A program made the translations under genes and the position numbers. 64,000 nt of DNA from an uncultured Thermodesulfobacteriota bacterium (lineage in GTDB: Bacteria > Desulfobacterota > GWC2-55-46 > JADFVP01), in the NCBI GenBank assembly GCA_964605225.1, contig CAZSAY010000001.1, positions 7,663 to 71,662 of the forward strand, given 5' to 3'. How positions within the stretch are numbered: the first letter of the stretch is position 1; each line of letters begins with the position of its first letter. The notes beneath the pieces are model-generated. The model made no database searches and had not been told where the DNA came from. It was given only the letters and a program-made list of their open reading frames with translations. Of this stretch, positions 35,982 through 46,442 are shown one piece after another.

Positions 35982-38066
35982 ATGGCCATATCCATTGAGA
36001 ATATAGCTCGATTCAGAAAGGGCGCGGATTATCTTCTCCCCCTTGGGGTCCTTGGGGTGCTCGCCATGATGATACTGCCCATGCCGCCGGTGCTCCTCGA
36101 TATAATGCTCTCATTCAATATTACCGCCGCCATCGTAATCCTCCTTGTGGGCATATATGTTACGCGGCCCCTTGATTTTTCCACCTTCCCCGTAATCCTC
36201 CTCATGACAACGCTTGCGAGGCTATCAATGAACATCGCCTCAACGAGGCTCATACTCCTTCATGGCAGTTCCGGCCCCGGGGCCGCGGGAAATGTCATCA
36301 GGAGCTTTGGCCAGTTCGTTGTGGGCGGCAACTACGCCGTTGGCTTCATCATCTTTGTAATACTGGTGATTATCAACTTTGTTGTTATCACAAAGGGCGC
36401 GGGGCGTATCGCCGAGGTATCTGCGAGGTTTACGCTTGACGCCATGCCCGGAAAACAGATGAGCATAGACGCGGATCTTAACGCCGGGATAATAGACAAC
36501 GAAGAGGCGAGGCGCCGCAGGACGGACATAGCCCTTGAGGCGGATTTTTATGGAAGCATGGACGGCGCCAGTAAATTCGTACGCGGCGATGCCGTGGCCG
36601 GGATAATGATTACTGTAATAAATATCTTCGGCGGTCTTATAATCGGCGTTTTTCAAAATGGCATGCCCATAGCCGAGGCCGCGAAAAACTATACCATTCT
36701 TACCGTAGGCGACGGCCTTGTGGCGCAGATCCCGGCGCTTATTATCTCAACGGCCGCAGGTGTCATCGTCTCACACGTAGCCTCAAGTAGCGATCTCGGT
36801 AAAAGCATAGGCAGGCAGTTTACCTCTGATATGCGTCCCGCCATGATAGCATCGGCCATTTTATTTCTCTTTGCCCTCATACCGGGACTGCCGCATCTGG
36901 CCTTTTTTATCCTCGCAGTACTGGCCGGAGGCCTTGCCTATGCCATTAAGCGTTTTAGCGGCGCCTCCGGGGCCGTGGATGCGGAGAGTGAGGAGGAAGC
37001 CGTGGAGGCCGAGGAGGTTGGGTCCGCTGAGGCACTTGAGTACGTGCCACGCCTTGACAGGCTCTCTCTTGAGGTGGGATACCGCCTCATCCCCCTTGTG
37101 GATTCATCGGAAGGCGGCGAGCTCCTTGAGAGGATAAAGGCCGTACGCAGGCAACTTGCCGAGGACCTCGGGCTTATCGTCCCCCCCGTGCATATAAAGG
37201 ACAACCTTGATGTAAAGCCATCGGAGTATGTATTTCTCATAAAGGGCATAGAGGTGGCAAGGGCGGACCTTATGCCTGGCAACTCCCTTGCCATAGACCC
37301 CGGTAACGCGAGACCCGGCCTTCAGGGGGCCCCGGCAAAGGACCCCACATTCGGCCTTCCCGCCGTATGGGTCCCTGATGAGAGTAGCGAGAAGGCACAG
37401 GTAATGGGTTATACCGTAGTGCCGCACGCGGCCATTATCGCCACTCATATAACGGAGATTTTGAAGACTCATACAAGTGAGATACTGGGACGTCAGGATG
37501 TGCAGGCCCTCCTTGACAGGTTCTCCGAGACCTCTCCAAAGGTTGTCGAGGAGCTTGTTCCCGGGCTTCTAACCCTTGGCGCGGTGCAGAAGGTCCTGCA
37601 GAATCTCCTCTCCGAGCAGATATCCATAAGGGACCTGCAGACCATACTTGAGACCCTTGCGGATTACGCTACCACTGTAAAGGATACGGATCTACTCACC
37701 GAGTACGTGCGCATGAGGCTCGCGAGACAGATTACAAGACGCTATCAGGCCGAAGACGGCACGCTTCGTGCAATAGTCTTGGGTCAGGAGATAGAGGATG
37801 TTATTGAAAAGTCGCTTCGCGAGACAAATCAGGGCATATACCTCACCATTGAGCCCGGTACGGCAAGGGTCATCATGGAGAAGATTCAGGAGGCCGTGCA
37901 GGCAGTCACGGCCATGGGATACAGCCCCGTAATCCTTACATCCAGAGACATCAGGAGATTTTTGAGAAGGCTCACGGTGAGGACATTCCCATACATTCCC
38001 GTGCTCTCCCATAACGAGGTGGCAACGGACGCCAGGGTTCAGACATTGAAGGTAGTGAGGCTTTAG
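35982..38066 (+). CDS. flhA: flagellar export gate protein FlhA
   Basis: 694 aa; N-terminal polytopic membrane domain with the conserved FHIxxxG-like loop, and a large cytoplasmic C-terminal domain. Confidence 0.9.
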   Translation: MAISIENIARFRKGADYLLPLGVLGVLAMMILPMPPVLLDIMLSFNITAAIVILLVGIYVTRPLDFSTFPVILLMTTLARLSMNIASTRLILLHGSSGPGAAGNVIRSFGQFVVGGNYAVGFIIFVILVIINFVVITKGAGRIAEVSARFTLDAMPGKQMSIDADLNAGIIDNEEARRRRTDIALEADFYGSMDGASKFVRGDAVAGIMITVINIFGGLIIGVFQNGMPIAEAAKNYTILTVGDGLVAQIPALIISTAAGVIVSHVASSSDLGKSIGRQFTSDMRPAMIASAILFLFALIPGLPHLAFFILAVLAGGLAYAIKRFSGASGAVDAESEEEAVEAEEVGSAEALEYVPRLDRLSLEVGYRLIPLVDSSEGGELLERIKAVRRQLAEDLGLIVPPVHIKDNLDVKPSEYVFLIKGIEVARADLMPGNSLAIDPGNARPGLQGAPAKDPTFGLPAVWVPDESSEKAQVMGYTVVPHAAIIATHITEILKTHTSEILGRQDVQALLDRFSETSPKVVEELVPGLLTLGAVQKVLQNLLSEQISIRDLQTILETLADYATTVKDTDLLTEYVRMRLARQITRRYQAEDGTLRAIVLGQEIEDVIEKSLRETNQGIYLTIEPGTARVIMEKIQEAVQAVTAMGYSPVILTSRDIRRFLRRLTVRTFPYIPVLSHNEVATDARVQTLKVVRL

Positions 38067-38067
38067 T

Positions 38068-39114
38068 ATGCAGATGAAAAAGTTCAGGGGCCGCTCCTCA
38101 ACGGAGGCGCTGGCAAAGGTGAAAAAAGAGCTCGGCCCCGCCGCACTTATCGTAGAGACAAAGAGGCTCGCAGATGGACTCTTCGAGGTTACCGCCGCCC
38201 TTGACCGCGAGGATTTCGGCCGGACCACGGCGTCCCCTGGTGCGCGGCCGGAGCTGGACGCGCCGCGCATAATCGAAGAGATGAGGGAGATAAAGGAGCT
38301 TCTTTTTTCCATAACCGGTAAGAGGGGAGATGAGGCAGAGGCTTACAGGGCCCTTAAGCGGCAGATGACGGCAAATGGCCATGATATGGCCCTTACGCTC
38401 AAACTCCTCGCCAGTGCCTCGCAAAAGAGTTCCGAAAAGTCCCGGAAAGTGGGCGTGCAGAGTACGAACCTCAGGGCACTGGTCAGAGGTGAGATAGGGG
38501 GGAAGATACGGGTAAAGGACCCGATGAGCGACTCAAGGATAATCTCATTCATAGGCCCTACAGGGGCGGGCAAGACTACGACCATAGCCAAGCTCGCGGC
38601 CGTTACGGCACTTAAAAAAACAAAGAAGGTAGCCCTTCTCACCATGGACAACCGGCGCGTGGGCGCTCCCGAACAGCTCCTCAGGTACGGGCGCATAATC
38701 GGGGTGCCCGTAGGGGTTGGAGCTACAAAGGCCGATATATCCGCCTTTATAAAGACCTACAGCCACTACAGGTTCATCTTCATCGATACGCCCGGAACCG
38801 ACATGACCAGCCTCGATTATATCCGTGAGCTACAGGGGCTAAAGTCTGTAAACCCGGAGCTGAAGTTCAACCTTGTGCTTAGCGTACGCGAGAGGGATGA
38901 GTATCTTTATGGGTGCCTGAGGGGTTTTCAAACCCTGCCCGTTGACGCCATTACCTTTACTAAGCTTGACGGATCAAGCTCCTTCGGCCAGATGCTCGCA
39001 GTATCCGCGCGCGCCGGCAGCCCCATAAGTTACCTTGGCACCGGACAGAAGGTACCCGGCGACCTGATGCCGGCTACTGTAAAAAGTCTCCTCGATTACC
39101 TTATGCCCGTATAG
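38068..39114 (+). CDS. flhF: flagellar biosynthesis GTPase FlhF (SRP-family)
   Basis: G1 box FIGPTGAGKTTTIAKLA, DTPG motif (FIDTPGT) and TKLD motif (TFTKLDGS) of SRP-type GTPases; adjacent to flhA. Confidence 0.85.
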   Translation: MQMKKFRGRSSTEALAKVKKELGPAALIVETKRLADGLFEVTAALDREDFGRTTASPGARPELDAPRIIEEMREIKELLFSITGKRGDEAEAYRALKRQMTANGHDMALTLKLLASASQKSSEKSRKVGVQSTNLRALVRGEIGGKIRVKDPMSDSRIISFIGPTGAGKTTTIAKLAAVTALKKTKKVALLTMDNRRVGAPEQLLRYGRIIGVPVGVGATKADISAFIKTYSHYRFIFIDTPGTDMTSLDYIRELQGLKSVNPELKFNLVLSVRERDEYLYGCLRGFQTLPVDAITFTKLDGSSSFGQMLAVSARAGSPISYLGTGQKVPGDLMPATVKSLLDYLMPV

Positions 39115-39223
39115 CGATAGAGGCCTCTGGAATGGGCCTTATGGAGAAAAATATGAAATGGCTTTTAAAGCACCTCATGGCCGGTCATGGAGTGACGGAC
39201 CCGGAGGACAAAGGGGTTAAACA

Positions 39224-40111
39224 ATGAATGAAATATCGGAAAGGCAGAAAGCGGCTACTCATGGGGCGAAGACAGGCGGCGATGGCAAAGGGGCCTCTCT
39301 TGTACGGGTCCTATCCGTAACAAGCGGCAAGGGCGGCGTGGGAAAGACAAACTGTGTTGTAAATATGGCTGTCTCCCTTGCCCGAGTCGGCAAAAGGGTC
39401 CTTATCCTCGACGCGGACCTCGGACTCTGCAACCTCGACGTTATGCTTGGTCTCTCGCCCAAATACAATATCAACCATGTGCTTCGCGGCGAGATGAAGA
39501 TTGAGGACATTATCGTCACGGGCCCCTCGGGCATTATGGTAATACCCGCGGCATCGGGGATTCAGGAGCTTACAAACCTTTCGGTGGAAGAGAGGCTGGC
39601 CCTTACCTCCAGTATCGAGAGGCTCGATACGAGGGTTGACATAATGATTATAGACACGGGCGCAGGGATATCGAACAACGTCATGTTTTTCAACACAGCG
39701 GCTCAGGAGATAATAGTGGTGGTAACGCCCGAGCCTACATCCCTTACGGACGCCTACGCCCTCATGAAGGTACTTATGAAAAAACATGGCGAGAAGAGCT
39801 TTAAGCTTCTTGTCAATTCGGTACGTGGTGAAAAGGAGGGGAAAAATATATACAGCATTATAAGTCTCGTCGCCGGAAGATTTTTAAATGTTTCTCTTGA
39901 GTATCTCGGCTACGTGGTTCAGGACGAGAAGGTCTCGCGGGCCGTGCTCAATCAGAGGGCCGTAGTGGATATGTTTCCGGAGACACCGGCGAGTCTTTGC
40001 TTCAAGGCCATCTCGGAGAGGATCTCGGAGATGCCCGTAGAGGGGGCCCCAAAGGGGGGGATGCAGCTCTTTTGGAAAAACATGATTGATATGCGGGATA
40101 AGGCCTTATGA
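39224..40111 (+). CDS. flhG: MinD-like ATPase FlhG/FleN (flagellar number regulator)
   Basis: Deviant Walker A VTSGKGGVGKTNCVVNMAVSLA; ParA/MinD fold; located between flhF and fliA. Confidence 0.85.
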   Translation: MNEISERQKAATHGAKTGGDGKGASLVRVLSVTSGKGGVGKTNCVVNMAVSLARVGKRVLILDADLGLCNLDVMLGLSPKYNINHVLRGEMKIEDIIVTGPSGIMVIPAASGIQELTNLSVEERLALTSSIERLDTRVDIMIIDTGAGISNNVMFFNTAAQEIIVVVTPEPTSLTDAYALMKVLMKKHGEKSFKLLVNSVRGEKEGKNIYSIISLVAGRFLNVSLEYLGYVVQDEKVSRAVLNQRAVVDMFPETPASLCFKAISERISEMPVEGAPKGGMQLFWKNMIDMRDKAL

Positions 40112-40932
40112 AAGAGCAAACCAATATGAGAAAGAGGCCCTCAGCCGGGCCTCTGAGGTTGGAAAAGATGAAAAAGATTGTCAAAAAAAAGAGGGGTCCT
40201 CAAAATACCGGACCGGAGAGGGATGCTCTAATGCTTGAGAACGTCAGGCTTGTGAAGATAATAGCCCATCATATAGCCGTTCATCTGCCGCCTCATATAG
40301 ATGTAAATGACCTTATGAGCGCAGGTTCCATAGGTCTTCTTGAGGCCATTGACAAGTTTGATGCCTCAAGGGGTATAAAGTTTAAGACCTACGCGTCGAT
40401 AAGGATACGAGGGGCCATTATGGATGAGCTGCGGGGCATGGATTGGATGACGCGTTCCATGAGGGAAAAATCCAATATGCTGAAAAGGGCCTTCGGCGAG
40501 ATAGAGAGAAAGACAGGAGGGCCGGCAAGCGAGACCGATGTCGCCGGGTTTCTCGGCATCTCCGTAGAGGATCTCCGAACTCTTCTTGGCAAGGTGAGCT
40601 CCTGTAGCCTTGTGAACATCGAGGACCTTACGTCGGATAACGAGCACAAGCTCGATCTCCTCGAGTGCATAGAAGATCCGAAAGGGGCCGATCCCATGGC
40701 CTTTGCCAGGTTCAGTGAACTGAAGACAACTCTGGCGGATATGGTGGAGAGGCTTCCTGATAAAGAGAAACTCATAGTCTCGCTTTATTATTTTGACGAG
40801 CTTACGATGAAAGAGATAGGCCGCGTCATGGAGATTACCGAGTCCCGGGTATGTCAGCTTCACTCTCAGGCGATGCACAGGTTGAAGGGGCGCATGATGC
40901 GTCAGGTGCACGAAGAGATAAGCATGATATGA
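40108..40932 (+). CDS. fliA: flagellar sigma factor sigma28 (FliA)
   Basis: Sigma70 regions 2 (IGLLEAIDKFD...YASIRIRGAIMDELR), 3 and 4 (LTMKEIGRVMEITESRVCQLHSQAMHRLKG); overlaps the flhG stop. Confidence 0.85.
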   Translation: MKEQTNMRKRPSAGPLRLEKMKKIVKKKRGPQNTGPERDALMLENVRLVKIIAHHIAVHLPPHIDVNDLMSAGSIGLLEAIDKFDASRGIKFKTYASIRIRGAIMDELRGMDWMTRSMREKSNMLKRAFGEIERKTGGPASETDVAGFLGISVEDLRTLLGKVSSCSLVNIEDLTSDNEHKLDLLECIEDPKGADPMAFARFSELKTTLADMVERLPDKEKLIVSLYYFDELTMKEIGRVMEITESRVCQLHSQAMHRLKGRMMRQVHEEISMI

Positions 40933-40975
40933 GTTCCCTGTGTAAGAGGCAGGGCTGTTGTAATGGAGGTTTTAT

Positions 40976-42898
40976 ATGGCAAATACGGCTCGTTTAATCA
41001 AGGCCTTGACGGGCCCGGATCCATGGGGGCGCAGGTTGGCCTGTGAGGAGATATCGGGCCTTCGAAAAGGGGATGATTTTATCCCCTACCTTGCTGTGGC
41101 CCTTGGAGACCTGGACCATGGCGTCTCCGAGGCGGCCATGAACGCCCTTGTGGAGATAGGCGGAACGGCTGTGGTTGCGGCGGTTACGCCGCTACTCAGG
41201 GATAGAGAGGCAAGGCTTCGTAACAGGGCCATAGAGATATTAATCAGCTCCGGCGAGGGTGCGACGGCCCCTGTCTCAGAGCTTCTTACGGACTCTGACG
41301 ACGATGTGGTGAAGTTTGCCGTTGATATACTCTGCGAGATAAAAGACCCGGCATCCGTCGCAGGCGTAGCAAAGCTCCTCGAACACCCCAATGCCAATGT
41401 AAGAGGCGCGGCTGTGCTGTACATGGGCAGGGCGAGGCCATACGGCGCCGCCACATATATTACCACGGCCCTTGACGACAAAGAGCAGTGGGTGAGATTT
41501 TCCGCAGTTGAGGCCCTTGGGCTCCTCGGGGATACGAGATACATTGACCCCCTTCTGGAGATACTCAGGGTAGAGAGGGGGCTTGTGAGAGAGGCCGCCG
41601 TTGATGCACTCTCGAATATGGTAACAACGGCTAATTCATATGAGATACTCATGGCCATGAAGGATTTTTTAAGTGAAGACCTTGCCGTACCCGTGAGTTC
41701 AATCGTTGAGATACTGGAAAAGGCCTCGGGCGCGTCATGGGATATAGGCAGTTTCGCGTCCTTGAGAGAGACGCTCTTTAAGGCATTGGAGAAGGCATTT
41801 GGAGAGACGGAGGTTGAGACGGAAAAGATTGCATTAAGGGGCTTTGTGCTTCTCGGGGATAGACGGGGTATACATCGGGCCATGGACTTCATGAACTCCA
41901 TGGAGGAACTCGATGAGGAGACGGAGGAGTATGTAATAAACATCCTTGTGGAGCTATGTAGCGGAGACAAAGTGCCTGACGATTTATTGGAATGTATCGC
42001 CGATGACGGACAAAACGCTATTGTTCCCATAAAGGTTGCGGGAAGACTGAGGGCCGTGGAGGCATTGCCGGCGCTTGCAAAATGCCTTGAAGGGGCTACC
42101 AAGGAAAAGGCGAGAGCAATACTCGTTAGTGTTGATGAGATAGGCTCTGCCGACTCAAAGGTCCTTCTTCATAAATCCATCTACTCACATGACGGCCATG
42201 TGAGAAAAATGGCCGCGAGGACACTGGTCAGAATCGCCGGAGAGGACGTTGCCGAGGACCTCTTTGCCATGATGCTCCGGGAACGATACAGGGATGTTAT
42301 CGAGGCTGTTACAGAGACTATCGCGGGTCTTGGCACCGATAAGGTGCGTGCGGGATTTATGAATCTTGTCTCAAACAGCAGAGAGGATATGCGGGAGATG
42401 GCCTGCATGGGGCTCGGGAGAATGGGCGGCAAGGCATCTGTGGCCCCGCTCGTGGAGGCCACGGAGGATAAAGATCCGCAGGTTAGAAAGATGGCCTATA
42501 TCTCTCTTGCGATGCTTGGAGTGAGAGAGGCTACGGGCCCGGTTATAAAGGGACTTGGCCTCGGCAACGAGGAGATAAGCATCGCTATACTCGAGGCACT
42601 TAACACCGTTACTACCGATGATCTTAAGGCCGCTGTAAGAGAGTGCCTCACTGACAGTAACCTCTGGGTGAGGCATCACGCCGTGACCCTGCTCGGGGAG
42701 ATGCTTGACATGGATTCAGAGGAGGCGATTATAGAAATATTGGAAAAAGACGCGCCGCCGGTAAAGGCGGCCGCTGTGAGGGCGCTTGCGGGATTTTCTT
42801 CCGAGAAGGCCCTTCCTGTCCTTAAGTCTCTTTATGAGGGTTCTGATCCATCGCTTCGTTCAGCGATAATTAAAGCCATTGAGGAAATTCAATGTTAA
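40976..42898 (+). CDS. HEAT-repeat (PBS-lyase-like) protein
   Basis: 640 aa of tandem ~30-aa HEAT/PBS-type repeats (…VRxxAxxALGxxG… pattern recurring: RNRAIEIL, VRGAAVLYMG, VRFSAVEALGLLGD, VRKMAARTLVRIAG, VRKMAYISLAMLG, VRHHAVTLLGEM, AAVRALAGFSS); its stop overlaps the cheR start. Confidence 0.7.
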   Translation: MANTARLIKALTGPDPWGRRLACEEISGLRKGDDFIPYLAVALGDLDHGVSEAAMNALVEIGGTAVVAAVTPLLRDREARLRNRAIEILISSGEGATAPVSELLTDSDDDVVKFAVDILCEIKDPASVAGVAKLLEHPNANVRGAAVLYMGRARPYGAATYITTALDDKEQWVRFSAVEALGLLGDTRYIDPLLEILRVERGLVREAAVDALSNMVTTANSYEILMAMKDFLSEDLAVPVSSIVEILEKASGASWDIGSFASLRETLFKALEKAFGETEVETEKIALRGFVLLGDRRGIHRAMDFMNSMEELDEETEEYVINILVELCSGDKVPDDLLECIADDGQNAIVPIKVAGRLRAVEALPALAKCLEGATKEKARAILVSVDEIGSADSKVLLHKSIYSHDGHVRKMAARTLVRIAGEDVAEDLFAMMLRERYRDVIEAVTETIAGLGTDKVRAGFMNLVSNSREDMREMACMGLGRMGGKASVAPLVEATEDKDPQVRKMAYISLAMLGVREATGPVIKGLGLGNEEISIAILEALNTVTTDDLKAAVRECLTDSNLWVRHHAVTLLGEMLDMDSEEAIIEILEKDAPPVKAAAVRALAGFSSEKALPVLKSLYEGSDPSLRSAIIKAIEEIQC

Positions 42899-43749
42899 GT
42901 GCGGCAACGAAAATCAGTCCCAAGATATCTCCCGAGACCTTTATCCTCCTACGGGACCTTATCTATAAGAGGTGCGGTATATTCTTCGGTGAAAACAAGC
43001 GCTATCTTATTGAGAAAAGGCTTGGAGGAAGGCTTGCGGCCCTGAACTTCAGGTGCTTCGAGGATTATTATTATTACCTTGTCTACGACAGCCGGAAAGA
43101 AGAGGAGATTAACAGACTCATCGGCTGTATCGTTACCAATGAGACGAGTTTTTTTAGAGACCGCACTCAGCTGAAGGGTTTTATCGAGGACATAATACCA
43201 GAGGTCCTGAAGAGAAAAGAGAAGAGCACGCTGAAGGACCTGCGAATATGGAGTTCGGCCTCAAGTACGGGTGAAGAGCCCTATACACTGGCCATGATGC
43301 TTATGGACAAGGGCCTGCACCTCAAGGGGTGGCATATCAGCGTAACGGGCTCGGATATAAGCGATGGCGTCCTTCGCTCCGCTAAAAGGGCTGTCTACGA
43401 CGGGTATTCTCTTAGGAATACCCCCGAGGATATGAGGAAGAAGTACTTTGTCAAGACAGGCGACACCTTCTCTGTTGTGAATAAGGTGAAGGATCTTGTT
43501 AACTTCAGGAAGATAAACATGATGGACAGGGAGGCCATGTTTTCCGTAAGAAATACCGACGTGGTCTTTTGCAGAAATGTACTTATTTATTTTGATGACG
43601 CCGCTAAAAAGGCCGTGTTCACGCATATATACGATAGCCTCAGGCCGGGCGGATTCCTTGTGCTTGGCTTTTCGGAGTCTCTTCAGAACCTTACCAGACT
43701 TTTTACTCCGGTAAAGGTTGGACGTTCTCTTGTATATAAGAGGTCATAA
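42892..43749 (+). CDS. cheR: chemotaxis protein methyltransferase CheR
   Basis: ETSFFRDRTQLKGF, IWSSASSTGEEPYTLAMML, VVFCRNVLIYFD motifs of CheR SAM-MTases. Confidence 0.85.
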   Translation: MLSAATKISPKISPETFILLRDLIYKRCGIFFGENKRYLIEKRLGGRLAALNFRCFEDYYYYLVYDSRKEEEINRLIGCIVTNETSFFRDRTQLKGFIEDIIPEVLKRKEKSTLKDLRIWSSASSTGEEPYTLAMMLMDKGLHLKGWHISVTGSDISDGVLRSAKRAVYDGYSLRNTPEDMRKKYFVKTGDTFSVVNKVKDLVNFRKINMMDREAMFSVRNTDVVFCRNVLIYFDDAAKKAVFTHIYDSLRPGGFLVLGFSESLQNLTRLFTPVKVGRSLVYKRS

Positions 43750-43757
43750 TTGGGGGA

Positions 43758-44123
43758 ATGATGAAACAAATTCTCATAGTAGATGATTGCCTTGTGACAA
43801 GAAAGTTGCTCACATATATGATTAAGGGCGGCGGGTTCGGTATTATGCGGGCCGCCAACGGAGTAGAGGCCCTGGAAAAACTCGCCGCCACGGATGTTGA
43901 CCTTATAGTAACCGACCTGAATATGCCCCTTATGGACGGCCTTGAGTTTACCAATAATGTAAGGGCTATTGAGGCCTATGCGCATATCCCCATAATCATG
44001 CTCACAACGGAAGCCGGCGAGGATGAGAGGAAAAAGGGAGAGGAGGCCGGCGTAAGCGCTTACCTTGTAAAACCCGTTGAACCGGCAAGACTTTTAGGAG
44101 AGATAAGAAAACTGACTCAATAA
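43758..44123 (+). CDS. single-domain response regulator (CheY-like receiver)
   Basis: ILIVDDCLV...DLIVTDLNMPLMDG...IMLTTE...LVKP: canonical receiver residues. Confidence 0.8.
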   Translation: MMKQILIVDDCLVTRKLLTYMIKGGGFGIMRAANGVEALEKLAATDVDLIVTDLNMPLMDGLEFTNNVRAIEAYAHIPIIMLTTEAGEDERKKGEEAGVSAYLVKPVEPARLLGEIRKLTQ

Positions 44124-44187
44124 TCCGTGGTCAGCCCTGGGCGGCAGAGAAGTTTTTTTATGGAACGAAGTTAAACAAGGAGATTAA

Positions 44188-44574
44188 GTGATGGCAGACG
44201 CGAATATGAAGATACTGGTAGTAGATGATTTCGGGACCATGAGAAAGATAATCAAGAACCTCTTAAAGGAGCTTGGCTACACCAACGTAGATGAGGCCGA
44301 GGACGGGGCCATGGCCCTTGAAAAGCTCAAGGAAGGGGGCTTCAATTTTGTCATAACGGACTGGAACATGCCCAATATGCCAGGGATTGAGCTCCTTAAG
44401 ACCATCAGGGTCACTGATGGCATAAAGGACATGCCCATCCTTATGGTTACGGCCGAGGCGGAGAAGGAAAAGGTGGTGGCCGCCGTGCAGGCAAAGGTAA
44501 ATAACTATGTGGTAAAGCCTTTTACCTCCGCTGTGCTAAAGGAAAAGATAGACTCCATATTCGCGAAGTTATAA
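44188..44574 (+). CDS. cheY: chemotaxis response regulator CheY
   Basis: [40 protein letters not shown]...[21 protein letters not shown]...[14 protein letters not shown]...YVVKPFT closely matches CheY. Confidence 0.85.
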   Translation: MMADANMKILVVDDFGTMRKIIKNLLKELGYTNVDEAEDGAMALEKLKEGGFNFVITDWNMPNMPGIELLKTIRVTDGIKDMPILMVTAEAEKEKVVAAVQAKVNNYVVKPFTSAVLKEKIDSIFAKL

Positions 44575-44619
44575 TCATAGCTAGAGACCGCGGCAAGGGA
44601 CCGCGCAAAGGAAGGTGAG

Positions 44620-46386
44620 ATGGATCTACCCACGAATGAGATGGATGAGATAATAGACGAGTTTGTCGTCGAGTCCGAGGAATCACTTCAATCCCTTGAT
44701 CAGATGTTCGTTGCCCTTGAGAAGGACCCCGGCAACAAGGATCTCCTGAATGAAATATTCCGTTGCGCTCATACGATAAAAGGCGCCTCGGGGTTTTTAG
44801 GGTTTCAGCGCCTTGTGGAGGTGGCTCACGTTAGCGAAGACGTACTTAACAAGCTCAGAAAAGGAGAGCTCATCGCCACCCCCGATGTCATGGACGCCGT
44901 CCTGAAGGCCATGGACATCATAAAGGAGATGCTCGCGAATATAAAGGATACGCGAGAGGAGGGGATATCTCCGTCCATTGATTTCATACGGGCCGTCCTT
45001 GAGGATAATGAGAGTGGCGGGGCGGGAGAGGTGGCTGAAGCCAAGCCGGAAGAAGTCAAGCCGGAAGAGGAGAAGGCCGCAGAGGTAGATCAATCTCCCG
45101 GGTTAACGGCGGCTACGGAGCAAGCCGCCGTTAAGGACGCAGGTGATAAAAAAAAGGCCACGCCCGTTCACAGGGAGCGTGAGCATAATATAAGGGTGGA
45201 CATAGTAAAGCTCGATGATGTTCTTAATCTTGTGGGCGAGCTTGTACTTTCCCGCAACAGGCTCATGCGCCTTGGTACTCAGCTAAGTGATACGAGCGTC
45301 GATGAAGAGATAGTTGTCCATACGGATGAGGCCATAAGTCAGCTCGACCTTGTTACCTCGGACCTTCAGCTTGCCGTGATGAAGATGAGGATGCAGCCCA
45401 TAGCCAAGGTCTTCAATAAGTTTCCACGCATGGTAAGAGACCTTGCGAGGCAGAGCGAGAAGGAGATAGATCTGAGGCTCATGGGAGAGGAGACGGAGCT
45501 TGACAAGACGGTTATTGAGGAGATAGGCGACCCGCTTATCCATCTTATTAGAAATTCTGTTGACCATGGCGTAGAGTCCCCCGAAGACCGCGTTGCCGCG
45601 GGAAAACCCTCGTGCGGCACAATCAGTCTATCTGCGAGTCAGGAAGGGCAGAATATAGTTGTATGCGTCGAAGATGACGGCAAAGGCATGGACCCTGAAA
45701 AGATAAAGGAATCGGCTGTAAATAAGGGAATAATAACCGCTGATGAGGCGGCAAAACTGAACCGCAAGGACGCCCTTGAGCTTATCTTCAGGCCCGGCTT
45801 TTCCACGGTCAAGAAGGTGAGCGATATCTCGGGGCGCGGTGTGGGCATGGATGTGGTAAAGACGGGTATCGCCAATATCAACGGCCACATCACTATTGAT
45901 TCAGAGGCAGGGAAGGGCACGAAGATACTCCTGCGCCTTCCCCTTACGCTTGCCATTATTCAGATACTAATCGTAAAGTCCGGAGTCGAGATCTACGGCA
46001 TACCCCTTGCCAACGTTGTTGAGAATATACGGGTTAGAAGAGAAGACGTAAAGACCATAGAAGGGCGCGATGTAATTCGCATAAGAGAGCGGGTCCTGCC
46101 CGTAGCGAGGCTCGATACCATTATCAGGGGCAACTCGCCCGTGGATAGCAAGGGGAAGGATAATATTTTTATAGTTATCATCGGGGTAGGCGAGACGCAA
46201 TTTGGACTTCTTGTTGACGAGCTCTGCGGCCAGGAGGAGATAGTAATGAAGTCTCTCGGTGAGTACATGAAGGGCACTCAAGGCGTGGCCGGAGCGAGTA
46301 TTACGGGAGACGGCAAGGTGGTGCTCATACTTGACGCGGCCTCTGTCCTCATGGCGCAGACGCGAAGGCCCGCCCTGGCCTCTTGA
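44620..46386 (+). CDS. cheA: chemotaxis histidine kinase CheA
   Basis: HPt domain with HTIKGASGFLGF; dimerization and HATPase_c domains (DHGVE...DDGKGMD...GRGVGMDVV); C-terminal CheW-like domain. Confidence 0.9.
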   Translation: MDLPTNEMDEIIDEFVVESEESLQSLDQMFVALEKDPGNKDLLNEIFRCAHTIKGASGFLGFQRLVEVAHVSEDVLNKLRKGELIATPDVMDAVLKAMDIIKEMLANIKDTREEGISPSIDFIRAVLEDNESGGAGEVAEAKPEEVKPEEEKAAEVDQSPGLTAATEQAAVKDAGDKKKATPVHREREHNIRVDIVKLDDVLNLVGELVLSRNRLMRLGTQLSDTSVDEEIVVHTDEAISQLDLVTSDLQLAVMKMRMQPIAKVFNKFPRMVRDLARQSEKEIDLRLMGEETELDKTVIEEIGDPLIHLIRNSVDHGVESPEDRVAAGKPSCGTISLSASQEGQNIVVCVEDDGKGMDPEKIKESAVNKGIITADEAAKLNRKDALELIFRPGFSTVKKVSDISGRGVGMDVVKTGIANINGHITIDSEAGKGTKILLRLPLTLAIIQILIVKSGVEIYGIPLANVVENIRVRREDVKTIEGRDVIRIRERVLPVARLDTIIRGNSPVDSKGKDNIFIVIIGVGETQFGLLVDELCGQEEIVMKSLGEYMKGTQGVAGASITGDGKVVLILDAASVLMAQTRRPALAS

Positions 46387-46442
46387 TGTCTCTGATTGAG
46401 CGAGCTTAATTCCGTAGTTTAGATGAAGGGAGATAGGATTAT

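Noticed and set aside
41086-42102. 338-aa ORF antisense to the HEAT-repeat gene
   Set aside because: Low-complexity Ser/Ala-rich translation typical of the reverse strand of a GC-rich, repeat-containing gene; no start context; the sense strand has the coherent repeat architecture.
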